In this document: positions 63,671 to 64,000 of the stretch, one piece after another
Numbering within the stretch: the first letter of the stretch is position 1
Layout: every line of letters starts with the position of its first letter
From: the human T2T-CHM13v2.0 reference genome, Homo sapiens
NCBI RefSeq assembly: GCF_009914755.1
Contig: NC_060925.1
Direction: 5' to 3' (one strand)
Length of the DNA: 64,000 nucleotides
The notes under the pieces: model-generated
Seen by the model: only the letters and a program-made list of their open reading frames with translations
Told to the model about the DNA's origin: nothing
The model's database searches: none
Program-made: the position numbers and the translations under genes

Positions 63671-64000
63671 GCCACTCTGCAGCCTCTGAGACCAAGAGGG
63701 TCTGGTGTAGAAGGGGCAGAGAGCCAGGCCAGGCTTCCCTCCCAGCCCACGAGAGCTCTGTGGCCCTCTCAGAACCTTTATGAGGCCGTTCTGCCCGGCA
63801 GAATGTGCTTGGGCTGAGGCCTGGAGCTAAGGAAATCCATTTGTCATTTCTGATGGAAACGGCCCCTTCCCAGGAGGCCCCGGCCTCCCCGTCGCCTGCC
63901 GGTGAACTCTGTGAGCACCTGAGGGAGAGCTCCTTGCCGGGAAGAGGGTTCCACGCAGGAGCAGCTTTCCAAGGAAAACATCGCCCTTGACAGATCATGT

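Noticed and set aside
63171-63689. 172-aa hydrophobic ORF and its Arg/Glu-rich antisense ORF
   Set aside because: Products of the CT-rich low-complexity tract.

Overview
This is primate, almost certainly human, non-coding euchromatic DNA, not a prokaryotic locus. A full-length AluYa5 with all five diagnostic bases sits at 851-1161, and Ya5 is essentially human-specific. I find no supportable protein-coding gene, tRNA, rRNA or CRISPR array. The ORFs I could trace derive from Alu, L1, L2 or low-complexity sequence, and none of the rest resembles a protein I recognise. The window is a mosaic of old MIR and L2 fragments, eight Alus plus FLAM and FAM monomers, solo LTRs (MER31/67-like, THE1, MST, MLT1, LTR16, LTR33, LTR41), DNA transposon fossils (MER5, MER44A, MER63, MER102, MER117, Charlie) and a ~4.9 kb ancient L1. 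Between these are repeat-free islands dense in developmental transcription factor motifs, which suggests a gene desert or long intron with enhancers. The most unusual signal is a cluster of three apparent locally templated insertions within ~5.5 kb: 42405-42497 resembles 43823-43920, 46907-46962 resembles 47818-47872, and 47473-47505 is a perfect 15-bp fold-back. Also notable are a recursive-splice-like AG|GTAAGT site, a degenerate ~23-bp minisatellite and two pentamer-periodic tracts. I see no evidence of a novel gene-encoded system. Repeat family names come from recalled consensus sequences, not a database search, and the boundaries of old repeats are approximate.
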